The notes: generated from the sequence alone by a model not told the origin. A stretch of 32,911 bases of DNA from an uncultured Candidatus Saccharibacteria bacterium (GCA_964427685.1 CAYRVE010000001.1:1-32911); one strand, 5' to 3'. Shown: positions 1-6,426, counted from the first letter of the stretch. Numbers and translations are program-made.

Positions 1-65
1 GAGACTTGTTGTTTATGAGATAGGCTGTTGAGTAATGATTCAATAGATTGGCGTAAGGTTTTCAT
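1..65 (-). CDS. Partial CDS, 5' end only (the body lies left of the window). Paralogue of the Ala/Ser/Tyr-repeat protein gene at 1566..2030.
   Basis: ATG at 65..63 overlaps the TGA of ORF 62..427 (ATGA coupling). It reads MKTLRQSIESLLNSLSHKQQVS. nt 1..55 are identical to nt 1960..2014. Confidence 0.6.
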   Translation of the reverse strand, partial: MKTLRQSIESLLNSLSHKQQV

Positions 66-427
66 GCAGTAGTTCGTCTTTTCAACAATAGTCTCTCTAA
101 TGGAGTCAACATCATTAAATACTTTTTTCTTAAATCGTAAACTTTTTGAACAAGTTCGCCTTTTTCCGACAAATTATTAAAAACCATGGCTTTGCCTATT
201 GCGTTTTTCGCTAACAAATAATCAACCGAAGATTTTTTATCATCGTCTAGTGCATTTTTGAAAACAAACTCAGAAAGCGCGTTTATCTCTAAAGCACTGG
301 CATCATTTATTGGATTAAAATCTTTTTTTCCGAACATAATCAACATTTCCTTATAGAACTCAACTTCCATATCGAGTTCCATTATAAAGGAAAAAAGATA
401 GTTTAGATCCTCCGATTCCATGTTCAT
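62..427 (-). CDS. Hypothetical 121-aa protein with an acidic N-terminus, translationally coupled to the MoxR-like ATPase
   Basis: ORF track. Its ATG overlaps the TGA of 424..1557 (ATGA) and its own stop overlaps the next ATG. No motif recognised. Confidence 0.6.
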   Translation of the reverse strand: MNMESEDLNYLFSFIMELDMEVEFYKEMLIMFGKKDFNPINDASALEINALSEFVFKNALDDDKKSSVDYLLAKNAIGKAMVFNNLSEKGELVQKVYDLRKKYLMMLTPLERLLLKRRTTA

Positions 428-1557
428 TTCTGTTCTTCTTTTTGAAGTCCTTTGGCGGTGCTTACGATTTCACGAACAGAAGCATCGTAGATAGGATCTA
501 AATAAAAATCACGAAAGACTTCATTTCGATTGCCATCTTTAAACAAAGCCAGAGAACTAATGAGTTTAAAGGCAATGTCCTTAGGAACAGTCTTTAGAAA
601 TCCCATTAAATTCGCTTTTTCTTTTTTAGAGAGATTTTCTTTTGTTTCATCTCGTTTCATGATTTCTTCTCTTACGTTATCACATGTCAAATTGAGACAA
701 CTAGCTATGATATCATTACCATCGCTCCATTTCTTGATGAGATCAACCTTTTTACCAGACAAAACTTCATTGGCTGTCAATGGTTTGTCCTGCTCTTTTA
801 AGAATTGTAAATAAGCCACGGTTCTTTCCAGCCCAATAATACCGTGCATTAATTGCTCAAGTAAATGTTGCGGAGTGTTTAGCTTAAATAGTTTATTGAG
901 TCGTGTATATGCCCTACGATCTGGTTTAACAGTCTCTCTGAGACTAAACTCGCTGTGTTTCTGCTCCAACAACTCTGGCTGGTTTTTGATGAACTCGATT
1001 AGAGTGTGATCTATGTTTGTTTCCTTGGCATAAGTAATCCATTCGTCAATAGTAGGCTCTAGTTTAATATGAACGAAACGCGCCATCAACGCCGTCTCAT
1101 TTACATCTGTGGTGAAGTACTCATCTGTAGGAGGATTACCAGCAGCTACTATGTGACAGTTCTTAGGCAATTTCACTGTGTGAAAGGTTTTGTCTAATGC
1201 CAAAGAGAACATTCCGTTCAAGATATCGCGTCTAGCCCTATTAAACTCATCTAAAAATATGACGGCTCCTGAATCTGGGTTTTCATTGCAATACTTAATT
1301 GTATTGTGTAGCCATTGTGGAATAGCGAAATTCGTGGATTTCGTACCATCTCCGTTGTCAACGAATTCTTGGAGTCCTAGGATATCCCCTAAATCTGATT
1401 GAGTACCGAGATAAAACGGGAAGAAATGATAGCCTTTTGCCTCGGCGTATTGTTTCACAATGGTAGATTTACCAATCCCGGCATGTCCCCAAATGAAAGG
1501 TGTGAGTTCTGCTTCGAATATGTACTCGAGACTTTCTTTTAGATCTTTGATATTCAT
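424..1557 (-). CDS. MoxR-like AAA+ ATPase (AAA_5 type)
   Basis: Walker A GHAGIGKST, Walker B IFLDEFNRA (MoxR-style DE-x-NRA). 377 aa. Strong RBS AGGAGGAAATATG that overlaps the stop of the upstream gene. Confidence 0.8.
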   Translation of the reverse strand: MNIKDLKESLEYIFEAELTPFIWGHAGIGKSTIVKQYAEAKGYHFFPFYLGTQSDLGDILGLQEFVDNGDGTKSTNFAIPQWLHNTIKYCNENPDSGAVIFLDEFNRARRDILNGMFSLALDKTFHTVKLPKNCHIVAAGNPPTDEYFTTDVNETALMARFVHIKLEPTIDEWITYAKETNIDHTLIEFIKNQPELLEQKHSEFSLRETVKPDRRAYTRLNKLFKLNTPQHLLEQLMHGIIGLERTVAYLQFLKEQDKPLTANEVLSGKKVDLIKKWSDGNDIIASCLNLTCDNVREEIMKRDETKENLSKKEKANLMGFLKTVPKDIAFKLISSLALFKDGNRNEVFRDFYLDPIYDASVREIVSTAKGLQKEEQK

Positions 1558-1565
1558 ATTTCCTC

Positions 1566-2030
1566 CTAATAGTTTATGTCTAACAATAACATCTCTAGCT
1601 TATCGAACTTCGCAATCTCTGTACAGAGATAGGCGTAATAATGTTTCATTTTGATATCATATTCTTCATTAGAGGCAGAGGCAGAGGCAGAGGAGACAGA
1701 GGAGACAGAGGAGGCAGCACGGGAGGCAGTATAAGAGGCAGAGGCAGAGGCAACATGGGCAGCATAAGAGGCAGCAGCAGAGGAGGTAGAGTAGGCAGCA
1801 TAAGAGCCAGCATGGGCAGCATAGGCAGCAACTAATTCCTCATTTGATACGTTTTCTCCGTTTAGCCATCTCTGAACTAAATCGATACAGAATTGGGCGT
1901 TTTTCCTATGCTTAGGATCTAGATATTGGAATGAGTCCTTAGCACAATACAATGCAAAAGAGACTTGTTGTTTATGAGATAGGCTGTTGAGTAATGATTC
2001 AATAGATTGGCGTAGGTTTTTTGTAGTCAT
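1566..2030 (-). CDS. Ala/Ser/Tyr low-complexity repeat protein with a conserved helical N-terminal domain (function unknown; possibly immunity-protein-like)
   Basis: Start moved to ATG 2030 (MTTKNLRQSIESLL...). The TTG-initiated extension to 2057 runs through a hairpin plus T-run. The N-terminal ~75 aa is helical (LYCAKDSFQYLDPKHRKNAQFCIDLVQRWLNGENVSNEEL), followed by AAYAAHAGSYAAYSTSSAAASYAAHVASASASYTASRAASSVSSVSSASASAS. Confidence 0.6.
   Translation of the reverse strand: MTTKNLRQSIESLLNSLSHKQQVSFALYCAKDSFQYLDPKHRKNAQFCIDLVQRWLNGENVSNEELVAAYAAHAGSYAAYSTSSAAASYAAHVASASASYTASRAASSVSSVSSASASASNEEYDIKMKHYYAYLCTEIAKFDKLEMLLLDINY
1671..1830. repeat. Degenerate hexamer/nonamer tandem repeat tract (GAGGCA, GAGGAGACA and GCAGCATAAGAG units) inside CDS 1566..2030
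   Basis: Read directly: agaggcagaggcagaggcagaggagacagaggagacagaggaggcagc..., then gcagcataagaggcagcagc / gcagcataagagccagca. Purine-rich on the plus strand. Several frames are open on both strands. Confidence 0.85.
1960..2020. repeat. Direct repeat copy B of window positions 1..61 (55/55 identical, then a 1-nt indel, then 6 more matching nt)
   Basis: Base-by-base comparison of 1..55 with 1960..2014. Both copies encode the first ~20 codons of paralogous minus-strand genes. Confidence 0.9.
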
Positions 2031-2055
2031 AACACACACCAGGGGGCATAAAAAC

Positions 2056-2078
2056 AAAAAAAGCCCGTGACTACGGCC
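2056..2078 (-). terminator. Weak intrinsic-terminator-like hairpin plus U7
   Basis: The minus strand reads GGCCGUAGUCACGGGC followed by UUUUUUU. The stem is 5 bp with one bulge. It lies ~25 nt upstream of ATG 2030. Confidence 0.35.
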
Positions 2079-2158
2079 AAACTGCCTATTATAAAAACTT
2101 CAGGATACAAGAGTATTAATATAATTATTGATTGTAATTCCACTATGTCTCCAAATAC

Positions 2159-2187
2159 ACAATAACTTATCGGAGGATTATTTTCAA
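2159..2187 (-). promoter_or_regulatory. Sigma70-like promoter candidate TTGAAA-N17-TATTGT carrying a conserved spacer box
   Basis: Minus strand: TTGAAAataatcctccgataagtTATTGT. The spacer box ATCCTCCGATAAGTTA is identical to the one at 4763..4778. Confidence 0.4.
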
Positions 2188-2220
2188 ACTTTAATTGATT
2201 TTTTGTATTATTTTGATACT

Positions 2221-2385
2221 TTAAAGTTTTTCTATCTTAGCCAAAGTCTTTTTGAGATCAATATATAGGAACTTGCGATACCCAGTTTCTCTATTCTTGT
2301 GCTTATCTGGAGTCTGAGACTGGAGTTTTTGTTTCAAGGACTCGACATATTTTACTAGACTGGCTTTTTTGTCTTGAGCGTTCAT
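2221..2385 (-). CDS. Hypothetical small basic protein (54 aa)
   Basis: Start moved to ATG 2385 (MNAQDKKASLV...), preceded by AGGAGA. The longer track ORF would overlap the stop of 2394..3617. Confidence 0.5.
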   Translation of the reverse strand: MNAQDKKASLVKYVESLKQKLQSQTPDKHKNRETGYRKFLYIDLKKTLAKIEKL

Positions 2386-2393
2386 TGTGTCTC

Positions 2394-3617
2394 CTAGGCA
2401 GACTTTCCCCATTTTTTGGGCTTTGCTTTAGTTCTTATTTTACCTTTAAGTTGTAAGTATTTACCGTAGGCTTCGGATTTTGGTTGGCTGAATCCAAGAC
2501 CCTTGCACCAATAGTCGTTTCTAAGTAAGGTTCTGGCTACTCTCCTCCAAGAAGGAGCAAAATGTAGGTTTTCTACGTCTCTATCGACTTCATCTGGAAT
2601 AACAGAATATCCTCTCTTAGTCCATCCACCAAAGAACCTTTTGATTCTCGCGGTGTAATGATCAGCAGTCTTGCGCGGTAAGCTTTTCAATAAAACTTTC
2701 GAGTATTGCTCCCAGGTCATGCCTTCTGGCTTGCTTATCTTTCCTTCGCCTGTCATATTACCACGTTCTTTGGCGTAAACTGCGTAAGAATTAGCTCCTA
2801 TCACCCTATTTATGAGCTTACTCCATGTATCCGCTTCTAAAATGCTATAAAGCCACAGCCCTCGTCGTTGAGTATCCCCATATGGCTGGCACAGGCGCTG
2901 CTCTTTCATAGGAACACCAGCCATTTGCATCTTATCGTATATCTTATTATGGGGTTTATCTAGATATAAGGAATGATATTTCCAAATATCTGAGGCTTTC
3001 CAGTCATATATAGGATAGGCATTATAGCTTGTCTTGCCTATTTTAGTAGTCCAAGATGTCCCGTCTATAGTACCTTCTTTTTTAAAGACAGCTACAGTTT
3101 TATACCGATTCAGACTCTCATCAGCCCTGATACCAACAATAGCACAGGATTTCTCATTCCCGCCGTACCACTCGCCAAATAAAGGTACGAATTCTTCGAA
3201 CTCCATTCCTGGAACATAGAAATCATATTGCGATAGATTACTAGCATACTTAGGTTTAGGTCTAACCCAGATATCTTCTTTAGTGGAATCCCAAGCTTTC
3301 CATTGTGGTTCATATACGGAAGTGGCATTGCGCAAGGAGATTTCAGCGCATACCCAATGTAAGTCAATGTTATCTTTATACATTTCAACTAACTGTTCAA
3401 GATTTGTTATCGTATCTTTATACTGGGCTTCTAAATCTATTATGAGAACGCCAATTCTCCTATTTCTTTTCATAGCTTCGTCCATCACTAAATGAAGTAA
3501 AACCGTGCTGTCTTTACCGCCAGACAGAGACACAAAGGGGTGCGGTACTTTATCTAAAATCAGGTTGATTCTATCTTTGGCGGCTTGTAAAACGTTGACA
3601 TTTAAGGGCTTAATCAT
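2394..3617 (-). CDS. PAPS-reductase / PP-loop ATP-pyrophosphatase family protein, IbrA/DndC-like with a long C-terminal extension
   Basis: PP-loop SLSGGKDSTVLLHL near the N-terminus. 407 aa with a C-terminal region of the DUF3440 type. RBS AGGAGA. Sits directly downstream of the ParB-like gene. Confidence 0.8.
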   Translation of the reverse strand: MIKPLNVNVLQAAKDRINLILDKVPHPFVSLSGGKDSTVLLHLVMDEAMKRNRRIGVLIIDLEAQYKDTITNLEQLVEMYKDNIDLHWVCAEISLRNATSVYEPQWKAWDSTKEDIWVRPKPKYASNLSQYDFYVPGMEFEEFVPLFGEWYGGNEKSCAIVGIRADESLNRYKTVAVFKKEGTIDGTSWTTKIGKTSYNAYPIYDWKASDIWKYHSLYLDKPHNKIYDKMQMAGVPMKEQRLCQPYGDTQRRGLWLYSILEADTWSKLINRVIGANSYAVYAKERGNMTGEGKISKPEGMTWEQYSKVLLKSLPRKTADHYTARIKRFFGGWTKRGYSVIPDEVDRDVENLHFAPSWRRVARTLLRNDYWCKGLGFSQPKSEAYGKYLQLKGKIRTKAKPKKWGKSA

Positions 3618-3624
3618 AAGTCTC

Positions 3625-4743
3625 CTAAAACAGGTCAGAGTCTCGGGCGCTAAAGGCTTCCTCTATAGTAACAGGTTTCATATTCCTACCTACTAACCAT
3701 TTGTTGAGATGCTCTAACGCCAGCATATTAGCTGCTGTCTGCGTCTCAGTAGGAAGTTTAGAGAAACCTCCTCTATAGGCGGATGGAAGTCCTAAGGCAG
3801 CACAGGCCGCAGCTTGTCCTATCCAGGCAATTCGGTTCATTGAGGAATTCGTAAGGTTATGCTCACACGAGCTAGGCCATTCTTTGAAAACCTTGGTTAT
3901 ACCAGCGGAGAATCTCTCTTTGTCCGCCAGAAACACTCCGTACTCTTGTTCACACTCTTCTTTGTCTCTACCTTTAATGCCAGGAGCAAAGAATCCTGCT
4001 GCTACGGCTTCCCACTTATCAAACGTGTGGAAAATCCTAGATTTATCAGATGTATTTTGGGTTATAGCTGAATAGTCAGCTTCGAACTCTAACTCTGAAT
4101 CGTTAGATGCTGTATCGCTCTCCCATGCTTGAGAGAACTCAGCGTCGCTGAACAATCCAGAGAGTCCGGAGATTTGACAAAGACGAAGGACTTCATCTTC
4201 TTCCATACCTAACTCTTTGCAGATCCTGGCAGTTTTCCAGTTTCTGGCCTTGAGTTCCAGCACGATTTCGCTCATGGCATCGACGGAATGAGTTCCTCGG
4301 GCTCGGTTATGGCGGATTGTGGAAGCCATTCGATTCGATTTATTGATTTGCCGGTCTCTCACCGTGGTAACTGGTACGTAGCCATGAAGAGTGTCGGCTA
4401 CTTTCTGAGATTCCCTAGCTATCTTGCTACGGTGGAAGCCGTCGATGATCTCTCTACTAGAGTCCGTAATCCAAGTCACGATGGGTTGGGTATACCCGTC
4501 CTCAGATATGGACGTCTCGAGGAGTTTTAACTCAGTTGGCGCTACAGAGTTAGGATTATATTCATTTTTCTTCACTGTGTCGATAGGCTCCCATAGGACG
4601 AGGTCGATAGGACGGTCTTTCATGGGACTATAGTTGTGAAGCAAAGTACGAATTTTGTTAATAGTTTCGATACGTTGAGATGTTGGTAGAGATTCGAGTT
4701 GTTGAAATATCTCACTGCAATGATCGATTAGTGTTGGTTTCAT
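3625..4743 (-). CDS. ParB/sulfiredoxin-fold nuclease-domain protein, IbrB-like, with an unassigned ~150-aa C-terminal domain
   Basis: Motifs KNEYNPNSVAP, SISEDGYTQPIV, IIDGFHRS and IRHNRARGTH. RBS AGGAGGA before ATG 4743. Confidence 0.8.
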   Translation of the reverse strand: MKPTLIDHCSEIFQQLESLPTSQRIETINKIRTLLHNYSPMKDRPIDLVLWEPIDTVKKNEYNPNSVAPTELKLLETSISEDGYTQPIVTWITDSSREIIDGFHRSKIARESQKVADTLHGYVPVTTVRDRQINKSNRMASTIRHNRARGTHSVDAMSEIVLELKARNWKTARICKELGMEEDEVLRLCQISGLSGLFSDAEFSQAWESDTASNDSELEFEADYSAITQNTSDKSRIFHTFDKWEAVAAGFFAPGIKGRDKEECEQEYGVFLADKERFSAGITKVFKEWPSSCEHNLTNSSMNRIAWIGQAAACAALGLPSAYRGGFSKLPTETQTAANMLALEHLNKWLVGRNMKPVTIEEAFSARDSDLF

Positions 4744-4758
4744 GTATCCTCCTATTTG

Positions 4759-4787
4759 AGACTAACTTATCGGAGGATGCCTGTCAA
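4759..4787 (-). promoter_or_regulatory. Sigma70-like promoter candidate TTGACA-N17-TAGTCT carrying the conserved spacer box
   Basis: Minus strand: TTGACAggcatcctccgataagtTAGTCT, immediately after the terminator at 4795..4819 and ~15 nt upstream of the ParB RBS. Confidence 0.4.
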
Positions 4788-4794
4788 ACTTTAG

Positions 4795-4819
4795 AAAAAA
4801 GCCCTCTTATTAAAGGGCT
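4795..4819 (-). terminator. Intrinsic terminator
   Basis: Minus strand: AGCCCU-UUAAUAAG-AGGGCU followed by UUUUUU. The 6-bp stem is 4 GC. It lies ~40 nt after the stop of CDS 4858..5163. Confidence 0.55.
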
Positions 4820-4857
4820 GATATGATACAATACTCAATAGATCTGGTTTATCTCAT

Positions 4858-5163
4858 TTAACCTTCTGGTTTTTCCCCAACAGTGACGTCAAGGAAACTA
4901 ATTATTCTCATTAATCCTAATTCTATAAGTTCTTCTTCGCTTTTGCCAAGTACTTTCAATAAAGTGTCTAATCCTGATATACATCGGCGGTTCTTAGTTT
5001 TGACTACACACACGAACCGTTCTGTTGAGAACGATCCTTGCGATTTACACCACGATCTTATCTCTTCTATTCTAGCGAGTAGAGGTCTGACCTCCTCACG
5101 AAGGTACAGATATTCCTCGATTATACTGTCTATAAGCGGTTCTTCCGCACGGGAAACTCTCAT
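4858..5163 (-). CDS. Hypothetical protein (101 aa)
   Basis: ORF track. Its ATG overlaps the TGA of 5160..5741 (ATGA). Confidence 0.55.
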   Translation of the reverse strand: MRVSRAEEPLIDSIIEEYLYLREEVRPLLARIEEIRSWCKSQGSFSTERFVCVVKTKNRRCISGLDTLLKVLGKSEEELIELGLMRIISFLDVTVGEKPEG

Positions 5164-5741
5164 TTTGTTCTCCTATTCACCAGGGTATTCAACACCTCGT
5201 ATAGTCGTTCCTCGGGAAAGTTCTCTATTGTGAAGGTCTTATCCCCGTGTTTTATAACTAGCGGCGAGTCGACCCGGGTTTTCTTAGGCGGCTCTACTAT
5301 AGCTACAACAGGTGCTTTGGGGAGTTGTTTTATTGTGCCGGCTGGTAGTTCTCTCAACCTAGTGAACGGTTTAGGTGGATTAAACCGTATCAAAGCTTTG
5401 TTCGATACAGAAGCCAGGCCAATACTTTGCAAAGTAACAGTAATGTCTTTCAGCCCTCGAATACGGCCCTTTGAATCTCGCTCTAGTCGTCCCAAACCTA
5501 CACTAGCCATGAATTCAAGGACCTTTGCGTATTCCTCTTTAGCGAAGTTATAGCCTTCGGCTGCCATGGCTACGACTAGTGTGCTGAGCATGACTTGGCG
5601 GCGTGTTCTTTCTCGCATAGACCATGCCAAACAGACGGCAGCGAATGCGGGATTGATTTCAGCCTCTCCTTTAAGTCTGATCGCAAGCTCTTCTGGGCTG
5701 AATCGTCGGGTCTGAATCTGTCTTTGTACTTCTGTTTCCAT
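5160..5741 (-). CDS. Hypothetical protein (193 aa), possible winged-helix regulator
   Basis: Start moved to ATG 5741 (METEVQRQ...), preceded by AGGAGTAAAC. It is the first gene left of the divergent intergenic region. The function is a guess. Confidence 0.55.
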   Translation of the reverse strand: METEVQRQIQTRRFSPEELAIRLKGEAEINPAFAAVCLAWSMRERTRRQVMLSTLVVAMAAEGYNFAKEEYAKVLEFMASVGLGRLERDSKGRIRGLKDITVTLQSIGLASVSNKALIRFNPPKPFTRLRELPAGTIKQLPKAPVVAIVEPPKKTRVDSPLVIKHGDKTFTIENFPEERLYEVLNTLVNRRTK

Positions 5742-5871
5742 GTTTACTCCTAGTTTAGTAGCATAATCGCTACATAATGCTCTATTACAATTACTGTGCC
5801 AAGTCATTAAGCACTATACAAGCTTTGACGCTACGCAACAGACCTTGACGGTGTATCAGAAACATACAATT

Positions 5872-6087
5872 ATGGCAAAAAAGGGAAACAACGTGGATGA
5901 TGCAGAGCAAACATATAAACTAGATAAGATAGATATTTCTATTAGAAACATTATAAAAGAGTTGAAGGCACTGGAGGAAATGCAAGTCGACTGGCAGAGA
6001 TTGGAGTTGATGATTAAATTGAGCTGGGCGTTGGTAGAGGTGCTCCAAGAAAAACAAGCCTTAACGCATATAGACTTGGAGCACTGA
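5872..6087 (+). CDS. Hypothetical coiled-coil protein (71 aa), on the opposite strand to its neighbours
   Basis: ORF track. ATG 5872 (MAKKGNN...) is preferred over TTG 5845. The start is uncertain and there is no clear SD. Confidence 0.4.
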   Translation: MAKKGNNVDDAEQTYKLDKIDISIRNIIKELKALEEMQVDWQRLELMIKLSWALVEVLQEKQALTHIDLEH

Positions 6088-6179
6088 TGTACGACTCAGT
6101 GTATTGGATATTCTACGGGTTTTGGATACTAATAATTATAGCTGTGCTATTTGCATTTCTAAATGGAGGAAGAGACTAG
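6087..6179 (+). CDS. Candidate 30-aa hydrophobic membrane peptide
   Basis: Its ATG overlaps the TGA of 5872..6087 (TGATG). Reads MYDSVYWIFYGFWILIIIAVLFAFLNGGRD. Below the ORF-track size cut-off. Confidence 0.3.
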   Translation: MYDSVYWIFYGFWILIIIAVLFAFLNGGRD

Positions 6180-6382
6180 CCTCTCATGAAACTCCAGTGT
6201 TTTTCTATCATGGAAGCGATTTCATCATAGCATTCCGCATGAAGATGCTTCTTGGCTTTGTGTTTTTCGGCGCGGCGAATGACGCAGTATTCTCTTAGAG
6301 AATATAAAAACTTTGAATTGGCGTCATTTGCTGATTTTTTGTAGTCTTCGTAAGATTGTTCGAGTGGATGTCCTGTATTCAT
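6176..6382 (-). CDS. Hypothetical basic protein (68 aa)
   Basis: ORF track. GAGG lies 5 nt before the ATG. Promoter candidate directly upstream. Confidence 0.55.
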   Translation of the reverse strand: MNTGHPLEQSYEDYKKSANDANSKFLYSLREYCVIRRAEKHKAKKHLHAECYDEIASMIEKHWSFMRG

Positions 6383-6397
6383 TTTGACCTCGGGCCG

Positions 6398-6426
6398 ACT
6401 ATATTTGAATTTAGCCCCCGTGTCAA
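6398..6426 (-). promoter_or_regulatory. Sigma70-like promoter TTGACA-N17-TATAGT
   Basis: Minus strand: TTGACAcgggggctaaattcaaaTATAGT. It abuts the U-tract of the capsid terminator. Confidence 0.5.

Noticed and set aside
1-61. The repeat at the window start as a genome terminal repeat (DTR) or circularisation overlap.
   Set aside because: The second copy lies only 1.96 kb away inside the window. Both copies are the in-frame 5' ends of paralogous genes with different upstream contexts, and they diverge after an indel. An assembly break at a repeat cannot be fully excluded from this window alone.
408-417. A third copy of the promoter-box core (ATCCTCCGAT).
   Set aside because: It is only a 10-mer, in the opposite orientation, inside the coding sequence of 62..427 (codons ESED), and it lacks the flanking TTGACA and CAAACTTTA parts. 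Most likely chance.
1671-1830. Possible CRISPR array or other spaced repeat.
   Set aside because: The units are 6-12 nt, contiguous and degenerate, with no unique spacers, and they sit inside a coding frame. This is a coding microsatellite-like tract, not a CRISPR array.
1641-1835. ORFs 1641..1835 (+) and 1646..1831 (-), encoding RGRG and LPLP repeats.
   Set aside because: These are alternative-frame readings of the hexamer repeat tract inside CDS 1566..2030. Only the Ala/Ser/Tyr frame connects to a conserved N-terminal domain, a start codon and the downstream RBS overlap.
2031-2057. TTG-initiated N-terminal extension (MFLCPLVCV) of ORF 1566..2057.
   Set aside because: The extension runs through the hairpin/A-run region and has no SD. 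ATG 2030 gives the N-terminus MTTKNLRQ..., which matches the paralogue's MKTLRQ...
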